A DNA stretch of 64,000 nucleotides from Eledone cirrhosa (lineage: Eukaryota), in contig OZ024740.1 in the NCBI GenBank assembly GCA_964016885.1, positions 389,360,001 to 389,424,000 on the forward strand, read 5' to 3'. Made by a program: the position numbers and the translations under genes. Below the pieces are notes generated by a model, which saw only the letters and a program-made list of their open reading frames with translations, searched no databases and was not told where the DNA came from. The first letter of the stretch is position 1; the number at the start of each line of letters is the position of its first letter. Positions 1 to 11,857 of this stretch are shown here, one piece after another.

Positions 1-94
1 TACTTGTATTCTTTTAATTTTTAATTTTTTAAGAATTGGAAAGTTACATTTATGGTAATAATTTTTAAATGACCTCTTGTTGTTTGAGATACTT

Positions 95-303
95 CAGACC
101 TGCCAACCTCTAAAAACCCAAACGGGTAGTACCATGAAAAAAATGCCCCAAAACAGGGAGAAATGAGGCAAAATGGGGAGATTTTACATAATGAAAGTTA
201 TACCCATTTTCACAAGAGAAGACATCTCTCATCCACCCCAATGTAGATGGGAAATAGCCCCCCCCCCCCCTCCCCCGTCAGATGGGGAGAGTTGACAGGT
301 CTG
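95..303. mobile_element. MITE (non-autonomous DNA transposon, hAT-like termini), copy 1
   Basis: Termini CAGACCTGCCAAC...GTTGACAGGTCTG are inverted repeats. Flanks ATACTT/ATATTT resemble a 6-bp TSD (5/6 match). A second copy lies at 733-907. Confidence 0.7.
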
Positions 304-732
304 ATATTTGAACTCCAGTATCTAAAGAAGATCAATATATTCTCATCCATGATTTGACATATGATAATAGGTCACGGAAGCATAACAATTTCCTAAAAAT
401 ATACATAGCCCTGATATCAGTATAGTAGTTAAATTTGTTCTTTTATCCCTAAAAATGATATTCATCAACAAAACCCATTCTATTACAGCAAAACTTATTG
501 CAACAGTGTTTATAAATAGTGTTGTATTATTTTGTACCAAATCAAAGGTTTTTATTCAATCTAAGAATAATATAGAAAGAGTCAATAAGAGAAGAAACTA
601 GTATGGGTCAACAATACAACAAACAAGAAGAGAACGAATGCAATGAATAAGAATAAAAAGAAATCAAAGAGAAGAAAGTGATGCTATAAAACAAATCATA
701 TCATCACAAATAGTGCAACGACAGCCATAATA

Positions 733-907
733 CAGATCTGTCAACGCTCCCCGTCGGATGGGGAGATATCTCACCCACTTTGGGGTAGGTGAGAGATGAC
801 TTCTCTTGTGAAAATGGGTAGAGCTTTCATTATGTCAAATCTCCCCATTTTGGGGCACTTTTTTTCATGGTACTCCTCGTTTAGGTTTTTAGAGGTTGGC
901 AGATCTG
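733..907. mobile_element. MITE, copy 2, inverted relative to copy 1
   Basis: Reverse-complement homolog of 95-303. Termini CAGATCTGTCAAC...GTTGGCAGATCTG; perfect 6-bp TSD ATAATA (727-732/908-913). Confidence 0.7.
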
Positions 908-1409
908 ATAATATCCAATATGACCTTCCCATTTTTAAGTGATAGTGTGTGATTTAGGGAAAATTTACTTGCTACATCTAGCAGGTCAAGTTAGTACACA
1001 GAACCCATTAAGGTGTGGCTGGTTGGTTTCCCTAAACTGGCTATACACTCATATTTAATTGTTTATTATTTTAAGTATAAGGATATTTATAGTATTTTAA
1101 TAAAGTGGCACTGATCCTAATCTGTAATTATTAGACATTCTGTCTCTCTCTCTTTTCAGACATGTACTTTTAAAAAAATGCAATTTTTGCTGTTATTTTT
1201 ATCATAATTATAATGATTTATTATTTTTAATGTAGCTGTTATTGTGTTTTTTTTATACAGTATAGAAATAGTAATAATAAATGAATCATTAAAACAAAAT
1301 TACAAACTCAAATTTTAAAACTTATGTCTCAATCCACACAAACTCTATTTACATACATTGTCTTCCTTTTCTTAACTGTAATTTATTATCACTAATTATT
1401 ATATCTGTA

Positions 1410-1578
1410 GTGAGTCGAACGCCATGCTTTGACTCATAGAGTTACGACCCTTGCCATTCTGAGTTCAAATCCCGCCAAGGTTAACTTTGCCTTTCATCCT
1501 TACGGGGTCGATAAAATAAAGTACCAGTAATGTACTGAGTAATTGCTGGCCTTGTGCCAAAAGTAGAAACAATTAATT
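1410..1578 (+). mobile_element. tRNA-derived SINE (family S1), 5'-truncated
   Basis: Box-B-like GAGTTCAAATCCC followed by core TTTGCCTTTCATCCTTACGGGGTCGATAAAATAAAGTACCAG and tail GGCCTTGTGCCAAAAGTAGAAACAATTA. The same sequence recurs many times in the window. Confidence 0.8.
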
Positions 1579-1616
1579 ATTATTATATTTTGAAAACATT
1601 TTATTATCATTATTAT

Positions 1617-2560
1617 TGGGGGAGTGCTTGGAGGCGAGAATGTCTTCAAACACTCACAGCCCTCAGCCAATCTGGCACTATGATCAGTGGAAATTCCACC
1701 TTCGTGTTCTATAGAGGATTAGTGATGGGTAAAAGTGACGATGTTCTTAGGGAAACTCTGGGCATCAATAAAAATCAACCAACCATTCTCTTCTGCAGGA
1801 CTTTCGGTTCAAGGCCTGTGGATAACTTCCAGAAATCCCTGGCCTGGCAGTGCTACTGGCAAACGTTGCCAATCCAAGATAAACTCTACAGGCATGGAAG
1901 TGCCATCAGCCGGACATGTCGAGGATGCACGCTGGGCGATGAAACCGTCATTGCATGCACTTGTCCAGTGTCCGAGTATCGCTGGCTTACAGGTTTATCT
2001 CGAATACCTGCTGTCACGTGTAGGACAGATCCGACTGTCAACTGAGTCCATCGTCAAAATTGCCCTGTCGCCCTTTCTTAGCCAGGAAGGACAGGCTGCT
2101 TTTGTCTGGTTGTATGGTGAATGCATCAGAAAGGGCTGAAGACAGGGACTTTCCTCTTCGCCGACCCCCTGATTAACTTCTTCAGGTTTGACTTGAAGAA
2201 GAAAATCATGGTGGAGAAGGAAGTGCTGCCTTCAAAGCAATTTATTAAAAGGTGGCTGAAAGAGGTGAGAATGGCCTGAGTGAATGGGCCTGCTCTGAAC
2301 ATACACTTGTAGATTGAGGACCAACATCTGGGAGAGGGCACTTGTCCTGGTGGTCAGAGTAACTGTGGCTTTTGTGGGCTTTCTCAATGAGTAACCCTTG
2401 GAAGTTTCCCTCCTATTGGGGAATTTTCTTTTGTTTCCTTATTTTGTTACATCCTTTGTTTTTGTTTTATACTCATTTTTACACTAAGAAACCCACTTTG
2501 TACCGTCCTGTGCTGTCCTTAATGTATTTTTTGTAAACCCTTTGTGGTCAATAAGGAATA
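1617..2560 (+). mobile_element. L1/Tx1-clade LINE 3' fragment (ORF2 C-terminal zinc knuckle), frameshifted
   Basis: ORFs 1554-2045 and 1735-2139 join into LAWQCYWQTLPIQDKL...CRGC...ETVxHALVQC (zf-RVT-like CCHC), followed by a T-rich 3' UTR. Confidence 0.7.
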
Positions 2561-2629
2561 CATTGTTGTTGCTGTTGTTGTTAATTTGATATTTTACTCA
2601 TTGATATTATTTAACCAGAAAATTCACCC

Positions 2630-2950
2630 AAATGAACATCAAGCTGCTAATGCACCTCAGATATTCAGGACATATTGGAGCGTCCTTGCTGTTCCCTGTA
2701 GGCATGCTTTTTGAAGTGTTGCAAAAAAGGGGGCTCAGTTAATGTTCTTTAGCCAGTTTTGGAAACTCTTCAAGATAGTACCTAGTGATGTTGGGGACGG
2801 CTTTGATCTCATGTCAGTTCAAAATCCTTTTCAGTTCCCACTTTAGATCCTGGCACCAGTTAATTTTCTCCTTTTTTGCACTCTTGTGTCAAAGGGACAA
2901 GCTATATCTGTAATCAAGTAAGATCTTTTTTCCTTGTCAAAAACTACATT
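2630..2950 (-). mobile_element. Dong/R4-clade non-LTR retrotransposon 3' fragment (restriction-like endonuclease), degenerate
   Basis: Minus-strand translation VVFDKEK..ITDIACPFDTRV..K..QDLKWELKRI...GTARTLQYVL with frameshifts. Confidence 0.65.
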
Positions 2951-2989
2951 ATTATTATTACCATTCATAATATTTTTGATCTGGCAGAT

Positions 2990-3790
2990 GTTATATCAAT
3001 ATTATGCCAAAAGAGCGAGCCATAGCCAATGGCCAAAGGTCCTTTGAGTCATTCCTTCTCCTTCAACTTAGAATTATTGCTGTTACTAGCAAGGCTGTTT
3101 TCTGCAACAATTCTCTCCTGATGGTAATTCCTAGCTTTTCAAGCCAAGCATCAAATCTTTTACTAACTGCTCCCAGTGTGCCAACCACAATCGGTACTAC
3201 TTCACCTGTCTGACTCTCCACAGTTTCCTGATTTCTCTCTTCAGCTCCTGGTATTTCTCAACTTTCTCATTTTCCTTCTCATTCACAGTGAAGCAATATC
3301 CACAATACATGCCTTGTTATTCTTCTTTTCTGCGACAAGGTCAGGCTATCTAGCCGCGATAAAATGGTTACATTGGTTGGTCATCTCCCACAAAATCTTA
3401 TACTGTTCATTGGTGTTCCTACCATTTCTCCCTTCTGCTCATGTCATACTTATGACAGAGCTTCCAGTGAATCAATCTGGCAATGTTGTCGTACCTTCTC
3501 TTCTACTCTTTCTCAGCAAACATCTTACATTCACTAATAATATGGTTTATTGTCTCACCTTTCTTACCACACAGCCTACAAAGTGGAATTCACTGACTCA
3601 TCAATATTGAACTTGATATAGTTCGTTTTCGGTGCCTGTCCCTGTGCTGCAAAAATAAGGGCCTCAGTTTCAACTTTTAAGTCACGTTTCCTAATCCATT
3701 CCCAGTTCCTATGTTTGTCAACTGTCTCAGGCATTTCACGTAAGAATTGACTGGACATTTTGTTTCCATCTATTCCTTTAACCATAAGGC
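2990..3790 (-). mobile_element. Dong/R4-clade non-LTR retrotransposon 3' fragment (CCHC plus RLE endonuclease), degenerate
   Basis: ORF 3576-3785 contains LKVETEALIFAAQ; continues CRLC..ETINHIISEC, ILWE...PDL...VDIA...EKVEKYQELKREIRKLW...PIVVGTLG. Confidence 0.8.
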
Positions 3791-4896
3791 TTCTTCATTG
3801 TGTACTACAGGATTATACCAAATACAGTCCATTGTCATTTTCTTTGTGAGAACAACATTTTTCCATGTCTTTCTTTTTCACAAACTCTTTATACATGAAT
3901 TGTTTAATTCATCTTCATCTAACTGTCATCTTTTATACACATCACTTGTAGGTGCCACTGCAGTCTTTTCTTTTGCACATTACAAATAATTCTCACTTTT
4001 ATAGCACATTTAACTCTTAACATCCTACAATAATTCAGCAGACAATATCTAAATGCGTCTAGTTTCTTTACTAGTGGACAGACATTTGTAAAAATCTTCA
4101 GTAAACTAAAGTAAAGACAATCATTTTTAATGTGATACAGTTTCAGAATCATCAGATAAGACTTTTAACAGATAAAGAAGTTATTTGGTTGCAGCAGCAG
4201 ATGAGATATTTAGTTGGTTGGAAGATCATCTCATAAAAAATATTTTTAAGATGTGTGAAGATTCCATGGTGGCAGAAATTATCAGAAACGCTGTTAAAAC
4301 ATGACAAAGGGTTTATTTTTTCCATGAAATATTACAATAAAAAAACTAGGCGCCATTGTGGCAAATATCTAGGTAAGATGTTACTGGGCTCTGGCTGAGA
4401 AGGCCAAAGTTTCTTGTTTAGTGCTACATCTTGCTAGTATCAACCAGGAATGTAATTAGTTAGGTCTTGTCTCCTCAAAATGAAAGCAGCAACTGTTTAG
4501 AAGTGAAAAAAGGCACAAATTCGTTTGCTGGGCAGAAAACATTGCTAGGTATTTCTACGCTGCCGACTTACAGGCCCGGCAACCCAATTGTTCCTTTGCT
4601 TACTACAGACTTGTTTGGTGATCCTGTGAGTACACAGATGAAACTCCAGAGTAACAAGACTCATCATTTCGCCATAATAAAGTATTATATATATATGATA
4701 TACTTATATGTAATATATAGTCTGTTCTAATAGCAAAAAATGGGAACATTACAGAATTGAATTTGTGGCACACACACACACACGCACACAGATGTAGGTT
4801 TAGGTATAGATATTAGGACAGTGTATGTATTGCATGTATAATATGTCTGTATATATTCATTGGGCAGAGAGGTTAAAATGAATTTTGTTTTTCAGA

Positions 4897-4985
4897 ACTG
4901 GATCAGTTGGAAATGGTTGCTTCTGAGAGGACGGGCTGGAAGGAGTGTTTGAGGAGTGTTTCAGGAATAAGTGAGCAAAGAAGAA
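4897..4985 (+). mobile_element. RTE (Rex3/Expander-like) LINE 3' terminus
   Basis: Matches the end of the element at 62360-62960 (GGATCAGTTGGA.ATGGTTGCTTCTGA...CAGGAATAAGTG). Confidence 0.55.
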
Positions 4986-5198
4986 CTTTAATCCCCAATT
5001 TAATTCTATATATTTATCTTCATTAATTCATGCTCTGTGTGTCTGGAAAAAAACATACATAGTTATCTCTTTGTTATATAGTTTGTTTTAAACTTGTGTT
5101 ATTATCATGTCACAGAGATTATTAATGAAGATACTAAAGAGGTTTCTCTGTTTGATTCTAGTTGTTTATTTTTTCTGTAGATAAACAGGAAGTATAAT

Positions 5199-5322
5199 GT
5201 GGTGGTAGTGGTGGTGTTGGTAGTGGCAGAGGCAGCAACAGCAGCAGTGGAACTAGTGAAGGCAGCAGCAGTGGAAGCAGCAGTAGCAGTAGCAACTGTG
5301 GTAGCAGTAGTGATGGTAGTAA
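5199..5322. repeat. Degenerate GTG/GCA/GTA trinucleotide low-complexity tract
   Basis: Directly visible. Confidence 0.7.
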
Positions 5323-5619
5323 TTTGATTTCAATGCTGGAAGCTAATGAAAATCTCTCTGCAAACGAACTATTTGTGTACTATCTCTCCATAATAACTAT
5401 TTAAAATTAAAGCTGATTCTGGAGCCTCAATGTGGTTACTCAACCTATATCAATGTGTCCTTTATTTAACTCTTCAATTCCTATATTTCTAATGAAAGAC
5501 ACTACAGATAATTCTAAAATAATTTTGTAAATAATCAAGAATAACTAACTTTCTCTTTAGTTATCAAGTATTAAAACAAGGGCTCTTACATAAAGTATAA
5601 TTGACCATTTTAAAATAAA

Positions 5620-6015
5620 TATGTGAAGGCTGGAGAGAAATGAAGCAAGCATGCTTCGTTGGATGTGTAATGTCAATGTACACGACCAAACATCGATGAG
5701 TTGAGAGAGAAACTGTGTATAAGAGGGATAAGTTGTAGTGTGCGGGAGAGAAGACTGTGATGGTATGGACATGTGATGCACATGGAGGATGACCGCTGGG
5801 TAAAGAAGTGCCAAGAAATGCCAGTAGAAGGAAGACGCAGTACAGGAAGACCACGAAAAACATGGGCGGAGGTGGTGAGAGCAGACCTCAGATCGCTGAA
5901 GCTCACGGTGGAGATGACAAAGGACCGTGACAAGTGGAGAGATGCTGTGCTGAATAGGACCCATCCCATCCTTGCAAGCAGGGAAAAGCAGACGTAAAAT
6001 GATGATGATGATGAT
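5620..6015 (+). mobile_element. RTE LINE 3' fragment (family B), (GAT)n tail
   Basis: RLERNEASMLRWMC...WYGHVMHMEDDRWVKKC...GRPRKTW; tail AATGATGATGATGATG directly after the stop. Confidence 0.85.
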
Positions 6016-6324
6016 ACGCTCTTTAAAATAAACAGTTTTGTATCATAGATCCAGAGGTGCTTTCATGTGGTTTGGTATCAAAAGGGTTAAGACAGTATAG
6101 TTTGATTTGAGACAGATTTGACTGTTACTTCTAGTAGGTCAAGTAACCATGTAGAAACACTTGTAAATACATATGAGATGTTTTATTTTGACCATGATAC
6201 ATTATAAACTTTGCAGATTTTGTTACCAGCTTCAACACATTTAGCATGTTGGAATTCAAACCAAAAAAACTTTCTATTCATGTGAAATTCTGTTGTACCT
6301 ATTTGTTGCATGTTCCCATATAAT

Positions 6325-6487
6325 TGTTTCTAATTTTGGCACAAGGCCAGCAATTATCCCAGTGTATTACTGGTACTTTATTTTATGAACCCCGTAAGGA
6401 TGAAAGGTAAAGTTAATTCAGAATGGCAAGGGCTGTAACTAGAAAGCATGGCGTCTGACCCTCTACCGATACTGCCAATTCACCGCC
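6325..6487 (-). mobile_element. tRNA-derived SINE (family S1) with both ends and a 16-bp TSD
   Basis: Head GGCGGTGAATTGGCAGTATCGG (box-A-like); TSD CATGTTCCCATATAAT at 6309-6324 and 6488-6503. Confidence 0.88.
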
Positions 6488-8139
6488 CATGTTCCCATAT
6501 AATACTTCATTTGATTGCTATGCTCCATTTTGTTCTGTCATTAGCAGCACATTCCCAATGCTGGAATTATGAAAGACTTACCTGTAATCAGAACCATTAT
6601 AGTTATTAATTTGAGATATTTAGGCCTTAATAACACTCAGTTTGCTATAATAATCTCCAATTGAAAGAATTTTTTGCACAATATATTAACACTGAAAAAC
6701 TTGTTTCATATAATAGTTCCTAATGGTTTTGTAATGAATTTGTTAATTTATGACACCATATCCAGTTCTAAATACACATAAACTTTTTAATGCCAACTCA
6801 GGGCTTCTCCAAGTTTTATAATACAAGATCTCTCATATTAAAGTGTTCATATTTAAATTAAAACATCCTGTGTTAATTTCTTGGAAGAATCTTTTGTAAA
6901 GTTATATCACAAACACCAGTTTAATCATAGAGAAGTTTGTTACTTTACTAAATCCCTCAAAATTCTTGATTTTTTTTAAAAGCATTTATTGAAACAGCTG
7001 CTCTTTGGCAAGCTTTCTCAACAAGCATGAAGAAGGGGAAACCAAATATGTCCTTCAAAGACATTTGCTAGAAAATGAATGACAGAACAGCTTGGAGGAT
7101 AGAAATCAACAGAGGTGTTATTGTTATGCAACATCAAACAAGATAAACTAATCCAAACACGAAACATCTCACTGTTTTGTGGTTTCTGTAGAAAAGCTTC
7201 TGATATCAACATTGCAAGGATCAGATATGAATGTAACTGGGCAAAGTTGTAAGTGCACTGCATAGACTGCTTAATATGAAGCAATTATTGAAACACATAG
7301 ACAGTGAATCTCATTAGATATATGATCACAAATAATCTAACTGAAACAAGTAAGCTGAAAGTACTATTCTGACCATAAAACTCACATTTCATTTCTACTA
7401 AATCAATAAAATATCAGACAATCTCCTGAGTAACTAATTTATATAGCATAAAACAAAGTAATTGTTTCTATGTTTCAAACATTATTTTTTCTTTTTTAAA
7501 TAAATAATAGAAAATGACATCTAACATAAAGAAAACTTCACTACGATGAGTGAAGGGATGCTGAACTGAAAAATACTCGTTCATAACCTCTATAGTGTTG
7601 GTGCTAAGATAAAATGCACCCAGCGCACTCTGCACAGTGCAGGAACATATATAACTCAGAGATCAGCAATTCCAATTAAGTACTAACTTGGCCTGTGACA
7701 GCATCATCATCATTGTTTAACACCTATCTTCCACGTTAGCATGGGTTAAACAGGAATTGTTCCACTTGAGGCAAGATTGATCGGGTGACCATGTCTCGCT
7801 CATATAGGACTGTATCTGGCATGTTTTCTATGGCTGTTTGCCCTTCCTAACACCAACCACAGTTACAGTGTGGACTGGGAGCCTCTTGATCGTGGCTCCT
7901 ACATGACCACTTTACAGCATGGTGCTAAAGCGAATAGCAGATGTTAAATGATAACGATAATGATGATGATGATAATGATAGTGATTTGAAAAATAATGGG
8001 AATAGCTTTTCTGATCATTTATGAATAAAAATAATAATAATCATCAGACAAGTCATCCTTATCATTTATCAAATATATTTTATTGTACCAAGGATTTCTT
8101 TTATTTTAAATCCACACATTATATATATATATATATATA

Positions 8140-8922
8140 TCATCATCATCGTTTAACATCCATCTTCCACGCTAGCATAGGTTTGGACAGGAATTTTCCT
8201 ACTTGAGGCAAGATTGGTTGTCTTGCTCGTATAGGACTGTCTGGCTGGTTTTCTACGGCTGGATGCCCTTCCTAACACCAACCACGTTTACAGTGTAGAC
8301 TGGGAGGTTTTTACCGTGTTACCTACATGGCCACATTACAGCGTGGACTGTGTGTTTTTTTGTCGTGACACCTACACGCCCTCATTTGTTTCGGACTGGA
8401 TGCTGTGGTACCAACATAACTTTACATTGGAAGAGGTGGTGTGGATGGGTGGGGCCGGGGTGTATTTTTGTTAGAGGTGCCTACTGACTGTAGGTTTTGT
8501 TTTGTACTTAGGCAAGGTGGGTCTTCTGTATTACTGTGTATCGCCAAAGATCTCGGTCCAGTGACATCGTCTTGGAGAGGGGTAAGTGTGTGAGGTCGGA
8601 GTTTAGCAAGTCGTCCCAGGTTTTTCTGGGTCTGCCTACTCCGTGGCTACCGTCTATTTTTATCGCCCTGCTCTTTTTTATACAGCTGTCGTCTTTCATG
8701 CGCATCACGTGACCGTACTAACGTAGTCTTCTCTCGAATAAACAGCATCTGATCCCTCTTATTCCTAATTTCTCCCTTAGTTTGTTTATGCTTTGCCGTT
8801 CACGTATATTACTATTACACATCCAGCGGAGCATGCAAGCTTCGTTCCTCTCCAGTCTGCGTATATCCTCTGCACACAATGCCCAGGTCTCACTGCCATG
8901 CAACATTGCTGTTCGTATGCAG
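8140..8922 (-). mobile_element. RTE LINE 3' fragment (family A, long 3' UTR)
   Basis: MLHGSETWALCAEDIRRLERNEACMLRWMC...GRPRKTWDD; (GAT)n tail; near-identical to 57900-58676. Confidence 0.9.
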
Positions 8923-9045
8923 ATATATATATATATATACAGGATGTATACACACTTCAACAGCATCTTAATAAAAGTATGTATACCTTGTTTGGGGACA
9001 CCCTGTATATATATATATATATCCTTTTCCATATAAAGTGTGAAA

Positions 9046-9080
<35 letters not shown>

Positions 9081-9491
9081 GATGTCCCAAAAAATGTATT
9101 CACACTTCAACAGCATCTTAATAAAAGTATGTATACCTTGTTTGGGGACACCCTGTATATATATATATATATATCCTTTTCCATATAAAGTGTGAAACTA
9201 ATATATATATATATATATATATACAGGATGTCCCAAAAAATGTATACACACTTCAACAGCATCTTAATAAAAGTATGTATACCTTGTTTGGGGACACCCT
9301 GTATATATATATATATATATCCTTTTCCATATAAAGTGTGAAACTAATATATATATATATATATATATATACAGGATGTCCCAAAAAATGTATACACACT
9401 TCAACAGCATCTTAATAAAAGTATGTATACCTTGTTTGGGGACACCCTGTATATATATATATATATATCCTTTTCCATATAAAGTGTGAAA

Positions 9492-9532
<41 letters not shown>

Positions 9533-9651
9533 GATGTCCCAAAAAATGTATACACACTTCAACAGCATCTTAATAAAAGTATGTATACCTTGTTTGGGGA
9601 CACCCTGTATATATATATATATATATATCCTTTTCCATATAAAGTGTGAAA

Positions 9652-9714
<63 letters not shown>

Positions 9715-9840
9715 GATGTCCCAAAAAATGTATACACACTTCAACAGCATCTTAATAAAAGTATGTATACCTTGTTTGGGGACACCCTGTATATATATAT
9801 ATATATATATATCCTTTTCCATATAAAGTGTAAAACTAAG
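8923..9840. repeat. Tandem array of six units: Tc1/mariner-type mini-MITE + (TA)n + constant spacer + (TA)n
   Basis: Unit TACAGGATGTCCCAAAAAATGTATACAC...GTATGTATACCTTGTTTGGGGACACCCTGTA (imperfect TIRs, TA ends), then TCCTTTTCCATATAAAGTGTGAAACTAA. Units start near 8938, 9076, 9222, 9370, 9528 and 9710. Confidence 0.9.
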
Positions 9841-9899
9841 ACATTTTGTACCTCTGTTTCGTCGTTTCCTTGAACTATATATATATATATATATATATA

Positions 9900-10631
9900 T
9901 CCGCACCATTCCACGAATTCTACACCACTGGTCACATGCTCCAGACATCCACCTTCTTATACTCAATGTATCTCTCCATACACTCACAGGGAAAACATTC
10001 AGGAACACACACAAACACTTACACTTACACTATTTTTGCACACATGCAACCATACGTTCCCACGTATCCACACCACACAAAAACACACACACACACCTGC
10101 ATATCCTCACATACACATACTCGACCTCCGGACTCCGCACGCCCCTTCTCACCCCTCTCTATCCACACGCACACACACACACACTGACTTACACCCCACC
10201 CCATGTACACACTGGTTTTCCTATTACCCGAACATGGAACCTCGTTCTTCCCCACACACTCACACTCACATCCACACACCATACACCTACACACACCTCC
10301 TTCTGCCCTCCCCGCTAGGACCCCTGTCTCCTTCTACCCTCTCCCCCTTCCAACCACCCACCACCACCCCTACACACCTCACACCCTTTCACCACTTGTT
10401 TCATTTTCATTTTTTTACCCTCTTTTAAAAATGTTTTTCCTTCCCCTTAAATCCCCCCCCTTTCCTTCACTCCCTCTCACACCCTCGGAACTCTTTTCCT
10501 TCCCTATTTTCTCCTGATGAAGGGCTTATGCCCGAAACGTCGTCCCCAACCCCCCACTCTCAAGTGTGAACCTAATACTAACACTTTGTACTGCACTTTT
10601 CGTTATTAATTTTGTTTTTTGTTTTAACTTA
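9900..10631 (+). mobile_element. Probable Penelope-like element 3' fragment with hammerhead-like core
   Basis: Bounded by (TA)n on both sides, CA/C-rich, weak similarity to a GIY-YIG C-terminus (HEFYTTGH), and CTGATGA-AGGGC-TTAT-GCCC-GAAACGTC at 10514-10541. Confidence 0.45.
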
Positions 10632-10635
10632 TATA

Positions 10636-10695
<60 letters not shown>

Positions 10696-11857
10696 AAGAA
10701 TGAAGAGTAACATGGTTGGCTGTACAATAAGGGGCTTTATTTCTGGTATTGACAATTGTTTCATCGATCAGGTGTGTCTAGAGGTCGCTAATCGCTGGAA
10801 GTTGCGTCGTCACTCGATCTCCATTACATTATTTACCTCTGGCCAACACATCAGAATACAAAAATAATTCGCTCAAGGCAAGTTATATAGAATATCCCGC
10901 CTATCTTCTAACCTAGAAATTGTTACCGAACATGCAAACTATTATAACATAACTTCACATAAGGCAGGACATAAAGAAGGGCTAGAATACATACCAGATA
11001 GCGACAGCAACAACAAACCTCACGACAACTACACTACCCACACCTATAGAAATAGACAATGAGCACCAAAAATAACTGAACCAAATACTAATATAGGGAC
11101 CCCTAAGAACTATAGAAGATCCAGAGATAGAAAATACCTATGGTTCAATCCAATATTCAACTCCTCTATAAAAACCAAACTACCTTCTACATGATTTAAG
11201 CTAATAGACAAACACTTCCCTAAACTACACAAATACCATAGAATCTTTAATAGAAAAACTATAAAACTATCTTACTCTACTGCAGCCAACATAGAATCAC
11301 ACATACGTAAAATCAACCACAAAAATATATCTAAAGAAAAGAACCTACCAACATACACCATAGCACCAAATACAAAACGCAAACACATAACAGCATCGCA
11401 GCCACAAACACATCAGGGCGCATCACAACAAAACACTAATAGGCCTAAATCTCAACCCACCCACAACATACATACCGCAACGGAGAACCTGCACACAGAA
11501 AAGCCTCCAACTGTAATTGCCACCTACCGGATAAGTGCCCACTGCAAAATAGATGTAGATGCCTGGATTCGAGTATGGTGTACCTGTGTACTGTAAATTC
11601 AGGTAACTCTACTTGGCACTACATAGGTTCCAGGGCCGGGGAGTTCAAGAAAAGGTGGTACGTCCACAGTCACTCCATGAAGAACCGTAGGCTGGAGAAC
11701 TCTACGACACTCGCCAATAAAATCTGCCAGCTTAAAAACACAAACCAGGAATATAGGATTAGCTGGTCAAAATTATCGGTAGCAAAGGCCTGCAACAATG
11801 GGATGTCCCACTGCAGACTTTGTAATTACTGCATATCATCTTATATAAAGGATATAA

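Noticed and set aside
343-560. Hydrophobic 65-aa minus-strand ORF as a membrane-protein exon
   Set aside because: Non-ATG start; all three frames from the nearest acceptor (560) hit stops; no recognisable motif.
5181-5327. Ala/Val- or Gly/Ser-rich exon after an acceptor-like site
   Set aside because: Explained by a degenerate trinucleotide repeat.
6440-6487. tRNA genes at box A/B motifs (also about 21780-21872 and 22776-22865)
   Set aside because: These are SINE heads followed by the SINE core and tail; no cloverleaf.
6578-7345. Minus-strand gene exon (ORF 7018-7284, acceptor-like 7341, donor-like 6581; also donor-like 19500)
   Set aside because: No continuous frame or homology recognised. 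A non-coding transcript cannot be excluded, but nothing supports it.
8923-9840. CRISPR-like repeat/spacer array
   Set aside because: Spacers are identical, repeats are about 80 bp with mariner-type TIRs, there are no cas genes, and the context is eukaryotic.
8718-10517. ORFs rich in YI/HT/CV dipeptides (also 15440-15806)
   Set aside because: These are translations of (TA)n and (CA)n microsatellites.
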